Shown piece by piece: positions 9,694-20,318 of a stretch of DNA of 64,000 nt. Source of the stretch: Trichodelitschia bisporula (Eukaryota); assembly GCA_010356995.1 (NCBI GenBank), contig ML996689.1, positions 824,691-888,690 on the forward strand, in the 5' to 3' direction. Position 1 is the first letter of the stretch. Each line of letters opens with the position of its first letter. The notes beneath the pieces are model-generated. The model did no database searches. It was not told the origin of the DNA and was given only the letters and a program-made list of their open reading frames with translations. A program made the translations under genes and the position numbers.

Positions 9694-11464
9694 CTACTGG
9701 GGCGCCCGGGCTCCTTGACGATAGATCATGTGGTCGCGGTCGGGGCCCGTGCCGACATACTTGACCTAGGATCGGTCAGCTTGCCTCATGCCGTTTACGT
9801 CCGGTTGCTGAACGTACCGGGATTCCAGTGAAATTCTCGATGAACTCGACGTATTTGCGGGCGTTGGGCGGGAGGTCGTACCACGCGCGCTTACCAAAAG
9901 TAGACTGCTTCCAGCCAGGCAAGGTTTCATACTTGACCTCGACGGAGTCCAGTGTGCGACAGTTGGCGGGGAGCGACTCGAGCTTCTCGCCCTGGAACCA
10001 GTACTCCGTGGCAACCTTGAGCTCGTCGAAGTCGTCCAAAATGTCAAGCTTGGTCAGGTTGAGCGCCGTGTAGCCGTTCACTTCGTGTGTGTGCTTAATG
10101 ACCACCAGGTCGAGCCAGCCACAGCGGCGCTTGCGGCCGGTCTGGGTTGTTAGTGGGAGTTAAGATATTGGCTATAAAACACTTACCGTGACGCCGATCT
10201 CGCGGCCGACTTGCTGGAGCTTCTCGCCCACTTCGTTCAATTGCTCAGTGGGGAAGGGACCGCTGGGAAGAGTCAGTCTGCAAACGAGAAGGAAGACTAT
10301 CGTCCGCACCTGCCGACACGAGTGGTGTACGCCTAGAGAGAACAATGGTAAGTACGTTCACTTCCACACTAACAAGAGCCCGACCTTCATTACGCCAATG
10401 ACCTCCTTGATGGATCGCCAGTCCAGCGGAAGGCCAGCCAGGATACCGCCGACGCTGCAGTTAGACGACGTGACATACGGATAGGTGCCGTAGGTGATAT
10501 CGAGCATGGTGGCTTGCGCCCCTTCGATGAGGATCTGGGCCTTATTTTCTTTGGCGGATCTCAGAAGCGGAATCTCTTCGACGATATACGGCCCGAGCTT
10601 AGGGATGTATTCCTATGAAGAATCAGACATGGCCATAGCCATACATTAGATGGAAATACTAACCCGGAAACGCGCAAGCTCGTCTTCGACGTCATACTTG
10701 AGGAGGTCACCGAAGCGCTTCTTGTAGCCGTCAGCCAGACGCCGAAGCTTGGCCTCGAGCACTTCGTATTCGAAGATCTCGGCCAGCATCAAGCCGCTAC
10801 GGGCGGCCTTGCAGCTGAAGGTCGGGCTGCGACTATTAGATGCCTGAAGTCCTGCACACCTCGAACGTACCCGATGCCTCACACGTTAGAGTTTGCCCCG
10901 GATGTCACCTGAGCACTTACCCTTCTTCGTGGTCCCAATGGAGTCCTTGCCGAGCTCAACCTCTTCCAGACCATCGACCGCTTGGAAGAGGTCGAAGTCA
11001 ACGTGCGCTACATAAGTGAGCAGGGGTCACACGGGCGAGACATAACTTCGAACCTCGGTCACTCAGCAATATGCGACCTTCAGTGTTGAGGCCCTTCTCC
11101 TTCAATTGCTCAAGCTCCTTGAAGAACGACGGGACATGAACAACACCTGGTGGGATTAGCAAGTCGTGTCATTCTGTTCAGTTTACCCGCAACATACATC
11201 CACTGCCGACCAAGTTCAAGCAGTTCGGGTTAACGAGGCCGCTGGGCAGAAGATGGAAGTCGTAGGTGACACCGCCCGTCACAATGGTATGGCCGGCATT
11301 GTGACCACCTTGGCCCCTCAAACAGAGCGAAACAGTGCTGGACAACACGTCGACGATCTTGCCCTTGCCTGGCTTACCATCAGCATGTTGGGACGCGGCT
11401 CGGCAATGAAATGCGTACCTTCATCCCCCCACATGGCACCAACAACCAGCGTAGCTTCTGCCAT
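9694..11464 (-). CDS. ADE12: Adenylosuccinate synthetase (10 introns)
   Basis: [86 protein letters not shown]. Stop TAG at 9694-9696. Confidence 0.96.
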
Positions 11465-11973
11465 TGCGTCCCTACACCTGTAGGAAGAAAACGTATAAAA
11501 AATCGGAGTGGGCGATCAATTCCTGATCCTCAGCATCAAACTAGATAGGAGATCACGAGGCAATTTGTGTGGGAATAGAGTGAAGTCGGAAGAAGGCTCT
11601 CGTTACTAAATTTCCTGCGGCTTGGCGAGATCTTCCGTCATTCCTTCAGCCGCTGGTCCGTCTTCGGCGGGGCAGTGAAGGCGAGGGGCCTACGGCCCTG
11701 GTCAACCTTACCCGGGTCCGCGAGATCCTAGTGGATTTTAGATGGTTGGCGGGGTGGGTTCTTTGATATCCAAGAGCGGTCAGGCGGCGTCTAACCGTCG
11801 CGTGGGCTTGGGACGCCACCCCCACTTCCCACTTCAGGCAAGCTGACTGATGGACGGGACGACAAGCTTGTTTCCAACCCACTTCTGAAGCCGTATTTCC
11901 AACCTCCCATCTTGCACGAAGCGTACCTTCGCGTGTATCTTTGTACCAACCGCCCACCCAACATCGCCAAACC

Positions 11974-12492
11974 ATGGCGGCCTGCTCTGCCGAAGAGAAG
12001 TCACAACATCTCGTGTACCTTCGCCAGTGCCTTAGCCTCGCATGTCGGTCTCCCCCGAAACCAACCAACTTCCGTGTCGGCGCGTTGCTGGTCGACCAGC
12101 GCACAAACAGCATCATCACCACCGGTTACACTCTGGAGCTGCCAGGGAACGTGCACGCGGAACAGTGCTGTCTGTCTAAGGTAGCGGCTGCTCACGACCT
12201 TCCCGAAGAGCGCGTCGGCGAGGTACTACCCGACAACACCGTCATGTACTCCACCATGGAGCCGTGTGGCGAACGCCTGAGCGGAAATCTGCCCTGCGCC
12301 GAGAGGATTGTGCGTGCGAAAAAAGTACGCAAGGTCGTGTACGGTGTGCGGGAGCCGTCGACGTTCATCAAGGAGAGCAAAGGCAAGAGGATGATGGATC
12401 AGGCTGGCATACAATGCGTTTTCGTTTCCGGCCTAGAAGGGGAGATCCTGGCGACAGCTATAGAAGGACACAAGAATATCTTATACACATGA
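11974..12492 (+). CDS. Cytidine-deaminase-fold protein, DRAP deaminase (Rib2 C-terminal domain-like, riboflavin biosynthesis)
   Basis: SPPKPTNFRVGALLV, GYTLELPGNVHAEQCCL, YSTMEPCGERLSGNLPC (HAE...PCxxxxxxxxxC zinc site), VYGVREP. Confidence 0.85.
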   Translation: MAACSAEEKSQHLVYLRQCLSLACRSPPKPTNFRVGALLVDQRTNSIITTGYTLELPGNVHAEQCCLSKVAAAHDLPEERVGEVLPDNTVMYSTMEPCGERLSGNLPCAERIVRAKKVRKVVYGVREPSTFIKESKGKRMMDQAGIQCVFVSGLEGEILATAIEGHKNILYT

Positions 12493-12579
12493 TACTTGGT
12501 ATGTTCTCTTTGCCGTGGGTGAGTCCTCGTTCCTAATGCGGGAGAAGATGGCTGCCCTTTTCCGCTCATTGCTGCCCAG

Positions 12580-13970
12580 CAATGAGGCGTACAGCCGAAA
12601 CCCAATTATCTGGTCGATGTCACGGTATACTGCAGATTTGGTTTTCGGCTCCTTCCTGCGGATTTCGGAACAGGAACAAACGCCGGTGCGGTCACTGCGT
12701 TCAAGCGCCTCAATTCCTGGCGGAGAATGGCGTTAGCAAGGTTTCCCCGGTTTTCTCCATATCTGATCAGCATCCTCTCCACACTCATTATGATCGCCAA
12801 CTGCGCGCTTTGAAATTATTTGCGGAATCACGTTTTGGAAGCCGTTGTCCGGCAGTTCTCTGTTTCACTTGTCCTGCAGCTTCACGATCTTGTTTCCATC
12901 GCGAGAGGTCTTCGGATGTCAGATCTGGCTACAATCTTGAAGAGCCTTGTTACTTGGATAACGAGGCTGACGAAATGAGTGTTTCTCTGCATATCACCCT
13001 GATAACATATCGCGTCTTGAGGTACGTCTTTACTGGATTCCGCCGTCTATTTCTTCAGGGAAGAGGCGTTTGATCTCGGAAAAGGCGTTCTGAAATGCGT
13101 AATTGGAGACATTGACCATGGTCTCCGGTCCCTGCCTGAACAGTCCGGCTAATCCATTGCGCTTCATACTGCTTCTTGCCCTTGGCGAAGGCGGTTGGTC
13201 CTCGAATTTTGCGTCGTCGGGCATATTTCGGCTTCACAGGCGAAGGATATCTGGTAAAGACGTCTACAAAGTTACCCAAGATGACATGCGCTTTAAGATC
13301 TAGTGACAAGCCGGAGGAGACGTTGATTTGCCCACCTGGACGACGGGATATGGATGGTTATCAGAGATCATCAAGGGCCGCATGCTGACATTTCGGAGAA
13401 CTTACGTGTGGACCATTCGGACACCCACATCCTCATCAAGTCTTCCTGCCTTTCAAACCGGAGAATGACCGTCATTCATCAGCTGTCCATCTTTGCCGAT
13501 CTGCCCCCCAGCTTCAAGGCAAACTCACTTGTCCAGTACCGATTTCTTCGAGAACCGACGGTCATCAGCGAGTAAAGGGTTTTGTGTTCGCGGTATAATT
13601 CTCGCATGCTCACAGAATTGACAGTTCTAGCTTCGTAAGTACTTGTACATTGTATGAGGCGCAAACTTCACTGAGCACTCAGATATGCCTCCCTCAGTTG
13701 GTGGACCGGCGATCTTGGCAGCGACTTCAAGCTCGAAGGTCTCCTCTATGTTGTCAACCCTTTCATCAAGCCCAAAATTCCTCCGTCGCAGCCCAAAAGG
13801 AATTGATCTTGAGGACCTTTCCCCAGGAGATCTGCGAAGAGGCAATACAATCCAGATTAACATCCGGGTGCGACCCAGCTGTGAAAATATTGGACCAGAA
13901 CGTTGTACTCGAGGTTGTTGGAAATATCCTGTCGGGTAGTTACAGTCAAGGCCTTTGGCAACGATGCCAT
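12580..13970 (-). pseudogene. Decayed protein-coding remnant (several short protein-like ORFs in shifting frames)
   Basis: Consecutive minus-strand ORF fragments 13627-13863, 13479-13664, 13055-13309, 13030-13224 and 12606-12800 overlap or lie close together in different frames, with no intron signals that I could use to join them. Family not securely identified. Confidence 0.3.
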
Positions 13971-14426
13971 TCTCGACTCAGCCTGCTTTTCAGCCACGAG
14001 ATGCCGTTGGGGCTGTGGGGGTCATGTTGCTTTATCTTTCAGAGACTCTTAAGCCACCTGGTTCCTACCGTAGGCAAGTCGTACATCCGTACACGTAAAG
14101 GATTCAACTCATCACCCCTGCGTGACGTCTACGCAAAGTTCCGCCGCAATTTAAGCATCACGAGAATCGAACCTTGGCAAGCCCGCAAGGCTGATTTTCC
14201 TTTCAGCTGAAGCCGAATTGGGACAAGGAGGTGGCTTCGATCTCGCTCCCCCGCGTTATCATTGGCAGTTGCAAAACGGTGCGGACGCATCTCCGTGGCT
14301 GTGGACAATGTGTCGTATTCCACTTCATCGATCAAAACAGTTATAAGTCTTCGACATCACTTCCGCAGTTCCTTTCAGCTCATTAGTTATCCTAAGTCCT
14401 GTCAGTCTTTCCCGGAATTTGCAAAA

Positions 14427-15052
14427 ATGCGCGTCTCAAGCATGTTCACGTCGCTCCTTCCGCTCGCTCTCCTCGTCCCTTCCCTTCTCGCCGCTCCCCT
14501 CGCAGACGCTCCTGTTGATCTCGAGCGCCGCCGTAAGTCTACTTCTAACCGCACCATAGCTTTAACTGACCTCCAGTCCCTCCGGTGCACAACGACCCCG
14601 ACTCCTGCGCCGCCGGCCTCGTCGACTGCGGCAGCGCCTGCTGCAGCGCCGGCTCAAGCTGCACCGCCAACGGCCTCTGCAAACCACCACCTCCTCCGCC
14701 GCCCCCGATCCCGGGCAAAATCAGCGTGACCTACACGGTGGACCCGAAAGGGCGGCCGTGCGTGATCAACATCCACGGTTCGGGGTTCAACACGACGTCG
14801 GATCTGGAGATCCAGATGGTGGAGACCAATTTCATTTCGAACCCGTGGTCGAAGCTACGCATGACGGCTCATAGCTTCGACTTTAATACTGGGTGGTGCG
14901 ATTGTACGAAGACGGGGAGGAGAACGAGTGCGACGGATGGGAATCCGGCGAATGTGTTTGCGTGGGATGATGCGTGGATTGCGACGCAGCCTACCTTTGA
15001 TCATTTGCCTGGGATTCCGGTCAGGGTTACTTCTACTGGGGTTTGCCCGTAA
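14427..15052 (+). CDS. Small secreted cysteine-rich protein with a Kex2 pro-peptide (effector-like)
   Basis: Signal peptide MRVSSMFTSLLPLALLVPSLLA, pro-region ending LERR, and intron 14533-14576 (GTAAGT..CTGAC..CAG) joining in frame to ORF 14585-15052. A 6-Cys module, a poly-Pro linker and a 4-Cys C-terminal domain follow. Confidence 0.8.
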
Positions 15053-15469
15053 AGGGAGTTGGTGATTAGAGATGTGAAAGGAGTTTGGGTGTTGAAGCGG
15101 TTTCTGGAAACAGGTGTTAGAGACTGGAGTCTGCCCTTTTGGGACCCTTCAATGGTGCAACCACTGTTGTTCACTATCCTGAGACCACAATGTCAAGGGG
15201 TACACTGAAAGACAACGGAAATCATATAATCAAAGGGCGGGAAAGTATGTCTGAGAGGATACTATATTCAGTCAGGAAGCCTCTATTCTTTAAATCTTTG
15301 AGCAAAGTGAGTTGGTGCTGCCAAACGATGGTGATGGTATGCTAAGGCCTTTCAACCGCGGGGACCACGTATTACGATGAGGACCCAACTTCGGAAATCT
15401 TATGGATGCGACACGCCGACCAGGCTATAAGAGTACCGTAAAGTCAAGTTCACTTTACGTTTCTCAAAT

Positions 15470-16293
15470 ATGCTCTTTTCCCCTTCATCTCCTCCAGCAG
15501 ACCCCGTCATCATAACACTACTCGCAATCCTCTCCCTCGTCGCCTCAACAGTATGGACCAAAACTCTTCTAATTCGGTCTCGTCGCGGCCTTCCGAACAG
15601 CCCAAATCTACTTCAACGAGAGGAGAAGCTGATGCCGGGTCATGTCCGCCATCATCAGTAAGCGTGACTACGAGCGAAGTTTGGGTTTGGCTTAACGATA
15701 TTGAGGATAATGACTGCCCTGAGTAGCAACCTTGGCCCATCGGCCGAGAGTTCCAACTGACTTGAAGGAGCAGTGAAGGGGGCTCTTTGGAGCCCTTCGA
15801 CATTCCAGCTGTATCGAAACCCACGATAGAGACACCGCCGCGCGCCGAGCCCGTTGCTAAACCGAACACCCCGCACGCCCAGGTATGGGAACCCGTGCCG
15901 GGAATCACACCCGCCAACCCCGTTTTCGCTCTGACGGGGCCCAGCCCGGGTCTGTTCAACGGACTGACACGCCCAACAATCAAATGTGAAAGAATCGAAG
16001 ACGGCTGGCGGTTGGTAGATCTGCGCCCCGGGCCGGAGGTCCCAAATATGGAGGCGTCCAGTGACTCCACTGGCTCGTCTTTCGATCTGGCATACACGGA
16101 AACCGATGTTGACTACGTGGAGTTCCATGTCGAACACGTGGAGGAAGGTGAAAGTCGCGGTAGAAGTCGCTCTTCCTACTGGAAGGACCTTGGAAGTGAA
16201 GCTCTTTTGCTGTTCGTCTCGGCCATGAAGCGTCCTCGCGTTAACCTTAGCTTTCGTGATAAGGGACCGTTTAAACCTCCCTACTCGATCTGA
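15470..16293 (+). CDS. Hypothetical single-pass membrane protein
   Basis: N-terminal hydrophobic helix (VIITLLAILSLVASTVW). GTAAGC donor at 15658, CTGAC branch site and AAG/GAG/CAG acceptors (15767/15770/15773) would join it in frame to ORF 15787-16293. Confidence 0.4.
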
Positions 16294-17160
16294 TGCGGCA
16301 ACATCACTCTTGATATCGGCATGCCGGTCGGCCCAAATTCATGGCTCCGGTTGGCGGGACGTGAGGTCAAATCGAAGTCGAGGGCCGTTGTTGCGAGGTT
16401 GTGTTTGGATACATGCCATAACTCGGAGCGCGACGGTATTAAAAGGGAGTAATGACATTGGAACGCGTTCTTAGACATGTCAGCCTTGCTGCCCGTCTGT
16501 AGCTCGCTAGCCAGTTACTTTCAAGCCAAATACAGAACTGCCCTTACATCTTCTTCACATGCCACTGTCGCTCCACGTGCCTGCCTCCAACAAGATGTCA
16601 GGAAACAATAGCCGTCAACCCGTGATCAGATCTATAATCTCCAATCTCATGCTCCGATCTGCAGTACTGAGATCGCAAGCCACCCCCGAAGAGCTGTCCC
16701 GCCCAATCTCGTATATTGCCCCGCGTGATGTGTGTCTGGTAGTCGGTAGATTGGCCTCCGCTGGCCCACGAAACAGCCGAGCTGGACCCGGGAAACTCCC
16801 CTGCGGTAAAGGTCCTAGCTCGTAAGTGTTCTCGGAACTTCAACTGACGGGCTTCATTTGCTCTGCTGGGCATCTGATTCCGAAGCTCACCTACCGATTG
16901 GACGTTGCAAATCGGATCGCGATCGGACGGGTGACGTCCCGGCATTCGGAAGGGGCTTGCTTTCGAGAACATCTCCGTTGTTGGATAGTGCGTATGGGTC
17001 TTGGGAAGACGTGGAATGCGTTGCCTCACCTCCACCATACCAACCTCGCATAGCATGATAGCTTCACGCTCTCACAGAAACCACAAAACTAATCGCGAAG
17101 AACCCCATCTGAATTGACCCTTCTAATCCACGCTATGTACACACACCACCAACCCCCTCT

Positions 17161-18551
17161 CTACGCAACCGCCTTCTTAACCCTCACAAACATAATCGCA
17201 ATCCCCATAACATTGCTCTGCGCCCCATCCTCATGCCTCATCCCCTTATACTTATCATAGTCATAATACCCCTTCAAATCCCACGCCTGCCCCTTCTTCA
17301 CCGTCTTAACCAGGAAGCTCGGGCCTGCGCAAATCGACATGTGGCTGATGTGCTCCGTCGCGCTCGCGTGATGCCCCCCACCACCCATCCCCGGCTTCGT
17401 GTTGATGAACGCCGGGTCCCCGCCGTAGGTCGCCTTGCTGTCGCACGCCAGCTTGCCGTCCGCCTCGAGCGTAATCCTGTCCCCGCCATCGTGCAAATGC
17501 CCCGCCGCACCGAGCACCTCGCCGTCGAAGTTCGCCGTCCAGCGCGGCGCAGTAATAACGAACTGACCATCCTGCTTCGGCGCCTTCACCTCGCTAGTCA
17601 AGCACTGTGCCGCATCGAACCACACCGGGCGCATCTCATCATACCCCGCGGGATGCCCGTTGAGAATGTCGTACGTGATAGTCAGGTACACAACCTTGTC
17701 CTCCATGTTCTCGTTCATCAGGTCGACGATGAAGGCGAACTTGTCCGCGGGGCGCAGGAAGTAGCCCACGTTCTTCTCGTTCCATTTCGGCATGAAGGCG
17801 GGCGTGCGCTCGTTGCCGCTGCTGAACAGCCGCTCGCTGCCCTTCGGGCTCGATCCGATGAGCATGTGCGGCAGCGAGGTCGCGTTGTTCAGGCACGTCG
17901 CGTCCTGGCGGCCGGGACCGACGTTGAACAGCACGAACTGTGCCCATAATTAGCCCCTTCCCCAATCCCTCCCACCAAAGGGGGTTCCAGGCAAACCCAC
18001 ATGATGCAACCACATCCCCGTATCAATATTCGCATTACTCCCATCCGGATACTCCAGCCCCGCATTCAGCCCCAAAATCGTACACTCCCCCGCACACGGC
18101 TTATCAATCTTCTGATCCGGGTAGTTCCACAAAGCACCCGCCTCGCCGATCGCGTTCTTGTGCCCCATGTTCGGGACCTTGTACGGCCCGTAGCGGAGCT
18201 TGATGGTCTTGGAGCCGGCGATGTCGGCGATGCGGGCGGGGAGGTTGACGACGCGGGGCGCGGCGCCGGCGGGGTCGGGGACACGGCCGTAGCCGGCTGT
18301 GAGGGTTAGTGGTTTCCGAGGACAAAGGGGTAGGACGCACAGTTCAGCATGCCGGTAACAAGTCCCGCAATCATGTTTCCCCCACCGCTCTTTGGGCGGG
18401 GCGCGGCACCGGAGCCCTTGGGCGCCGCGCCGCTGCCCTTAGGCGTCTGTCGGCGCTCCAGGAAAGGTCCGTAGGAGCCGTCATTGTCAACAACGGGGAA
18501 GGCGGCGGCCGAGCCGACGAGGGCCAGGAGAGCTAGAGAGAGCGACTTCAT
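17161..18551 (-). CDS. Secreted Nod19-like / copper type-II monooxygenase-fold protein
   Basis: Signal peptide MKSLSLALLALVGSAAA, LERR Kex2 site, introns 18297-18340 and 17938-18000. The spliced product contains KLRYGPY, AGLEYPDG..ANIDTGMWLHH|FV, SGNERT, VDLMN, GHLHDGG and NVMGIAIM. Confidence 0.75.
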
Positions 18552-20318
18552 GGCGGTCGGGGTAACGAGCGACGAAAAGAGTGACGGATGTTGTTGGACC
18601 TGTTAGTAGGCGGGTACGCCTGGATGATATATATTATGGGTGACGACCGTGAGCTCTAGTGATATTAGGTCTCCCGGGGATGGTAAAAGGTACCATGTAC
18701 GTCTTCTGTTGGCGCATGGTCCGCGGGGATGGGTGTATTCGGCCTGCCTAGAAGACTCATTAGACCATGGGCCGACTTTCTTGATACCTTGCTTCATTGA
18801 CGAAGAGACTGGGGAGACGGGTTGGGGATTCATATTGATTGCGCACAAGTTCGCAATAGGTGGTGTGGCCCACGATCTCGCGAGAGTGGCCGGGGGCAGC
18901 TCAAAGTGTAGATGGGGGGTTGTCATGTTAATTGGGGAGATACTGGCCTAAGTTGCATGTGGCTCAGGGTGCTCTAGGGCTTGCCGCGCTGCCGAAGGAT
19001 GGCATCTCGGACTTCCGACAATTAGGGACACGTGAAAGAGGAGCTAGCAACATAAAATTGACGTATTTTCATCAATTCGTTTTACTATCTGTACTCTAGC
19101 GCTATGTAAGGCCTGGGCACCTTGGAGGTGATTTGCTTGGATCGCTCAGCTTACGGCCGTATGGGCAGCCCTTCAAATCGTCGACAACCAGACCATCCAG
19201 TCTCCACGTTGCCGCCAAAGCCCTAGCTCAATGTGCTGAGGTGCCTGCTATAAACAATAGCCTAGTGGACATCCTACTTGTATGCAAGTTAGCTTTCATT
19301 CCCACAAAGAACTGAAGAGCAAGAAGCATGTGTGCAGGAGATCAGACATCCAAGGAAGAATTGCCGCTCAACGTCCATCGAAATAGGTTCTAGATGATGG
19401 CTAGCGTGGAAACTGCGAATGTGGGTTGGGTTTCATCATAGAAAAATCAATCGAGAAAAAGAGATGAAGGTACTGACCATGCGTGTGAAGGTGTCGGAAC
19501 AGGATCTGTGGGTAAGCAAAGATCTACATTAGTAGAGATCCAGGCCGAGGATAAGCATGTGAAGCTGTACACGTGCTCAGGCACCGACAAATCCTCAGGT
19601 ATATCTGAGGTGAAACGTCCAGTGTAAATATCGACAGTGCGCGCCAGTTCCTATTCTGCGAAGCTGGTTAGCCACAGCTTCCACATGCGCATAGAAAGCG
19701 ATTGTACGGTGTTCAAGTCAGACAAAGTTACTGGCTAGTAACAGGTCACCGGCGAAGGAGACCCGAGAAGACTGATTTCTTCATGGGCGACTCAGCTGGG
19801 AAAAGAAGACATGTTCAAGATGTGTCATCATTCGAGTGGAATGGTATTTGGTGTTGCATTGTAGAGGTGCAAAGCGCAAAAGCAGAAGGAAAAGCAGCTT
19901 ACCTGAAACATGGCGGCCACAGATGATCGTCGCCATGGAAAGAACCGTATCTATCGCATGGCGACAATCGTCTGCAGCATGGTGCGTCAAGGACAACAGA
20001 GAGAGTGCAGACACGTTGGAGAGAGTGTTGGAGAGTCGAGTGATGTGAAGAGAAGAAGTCAAGACGATGCAAAACTTTGAACCTTTAAGCCTCTAGCGGG
20101 AAAACATTTCTTCCGCTCCGCGACACATGCCAAGGCCTTAGAGAAAGTTTGTGCATGCTCCTCGACGTCAAACTTCCAGCCGAGCAAACTGATTGGCCAG
20201 GCAAATTCTCCACCATCACAGGCCCCGCGACCGCATCAAACCTCTTGTCCAATCTTTGAATTCAGACCAGAGCCTTGAAACCCCACGATATCATATCCCC
20301 TCCCTCCACAACCTCACA

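Noticed and set aside
10348..10377. Plus-strand GTAAGT..CTAAC.AAG inside an ADE12 intron, like an antisense or nested intron
   Set aside because: It is only about 29 nt, too short for a spliceosomal intron, and no plus-strand gene is present.
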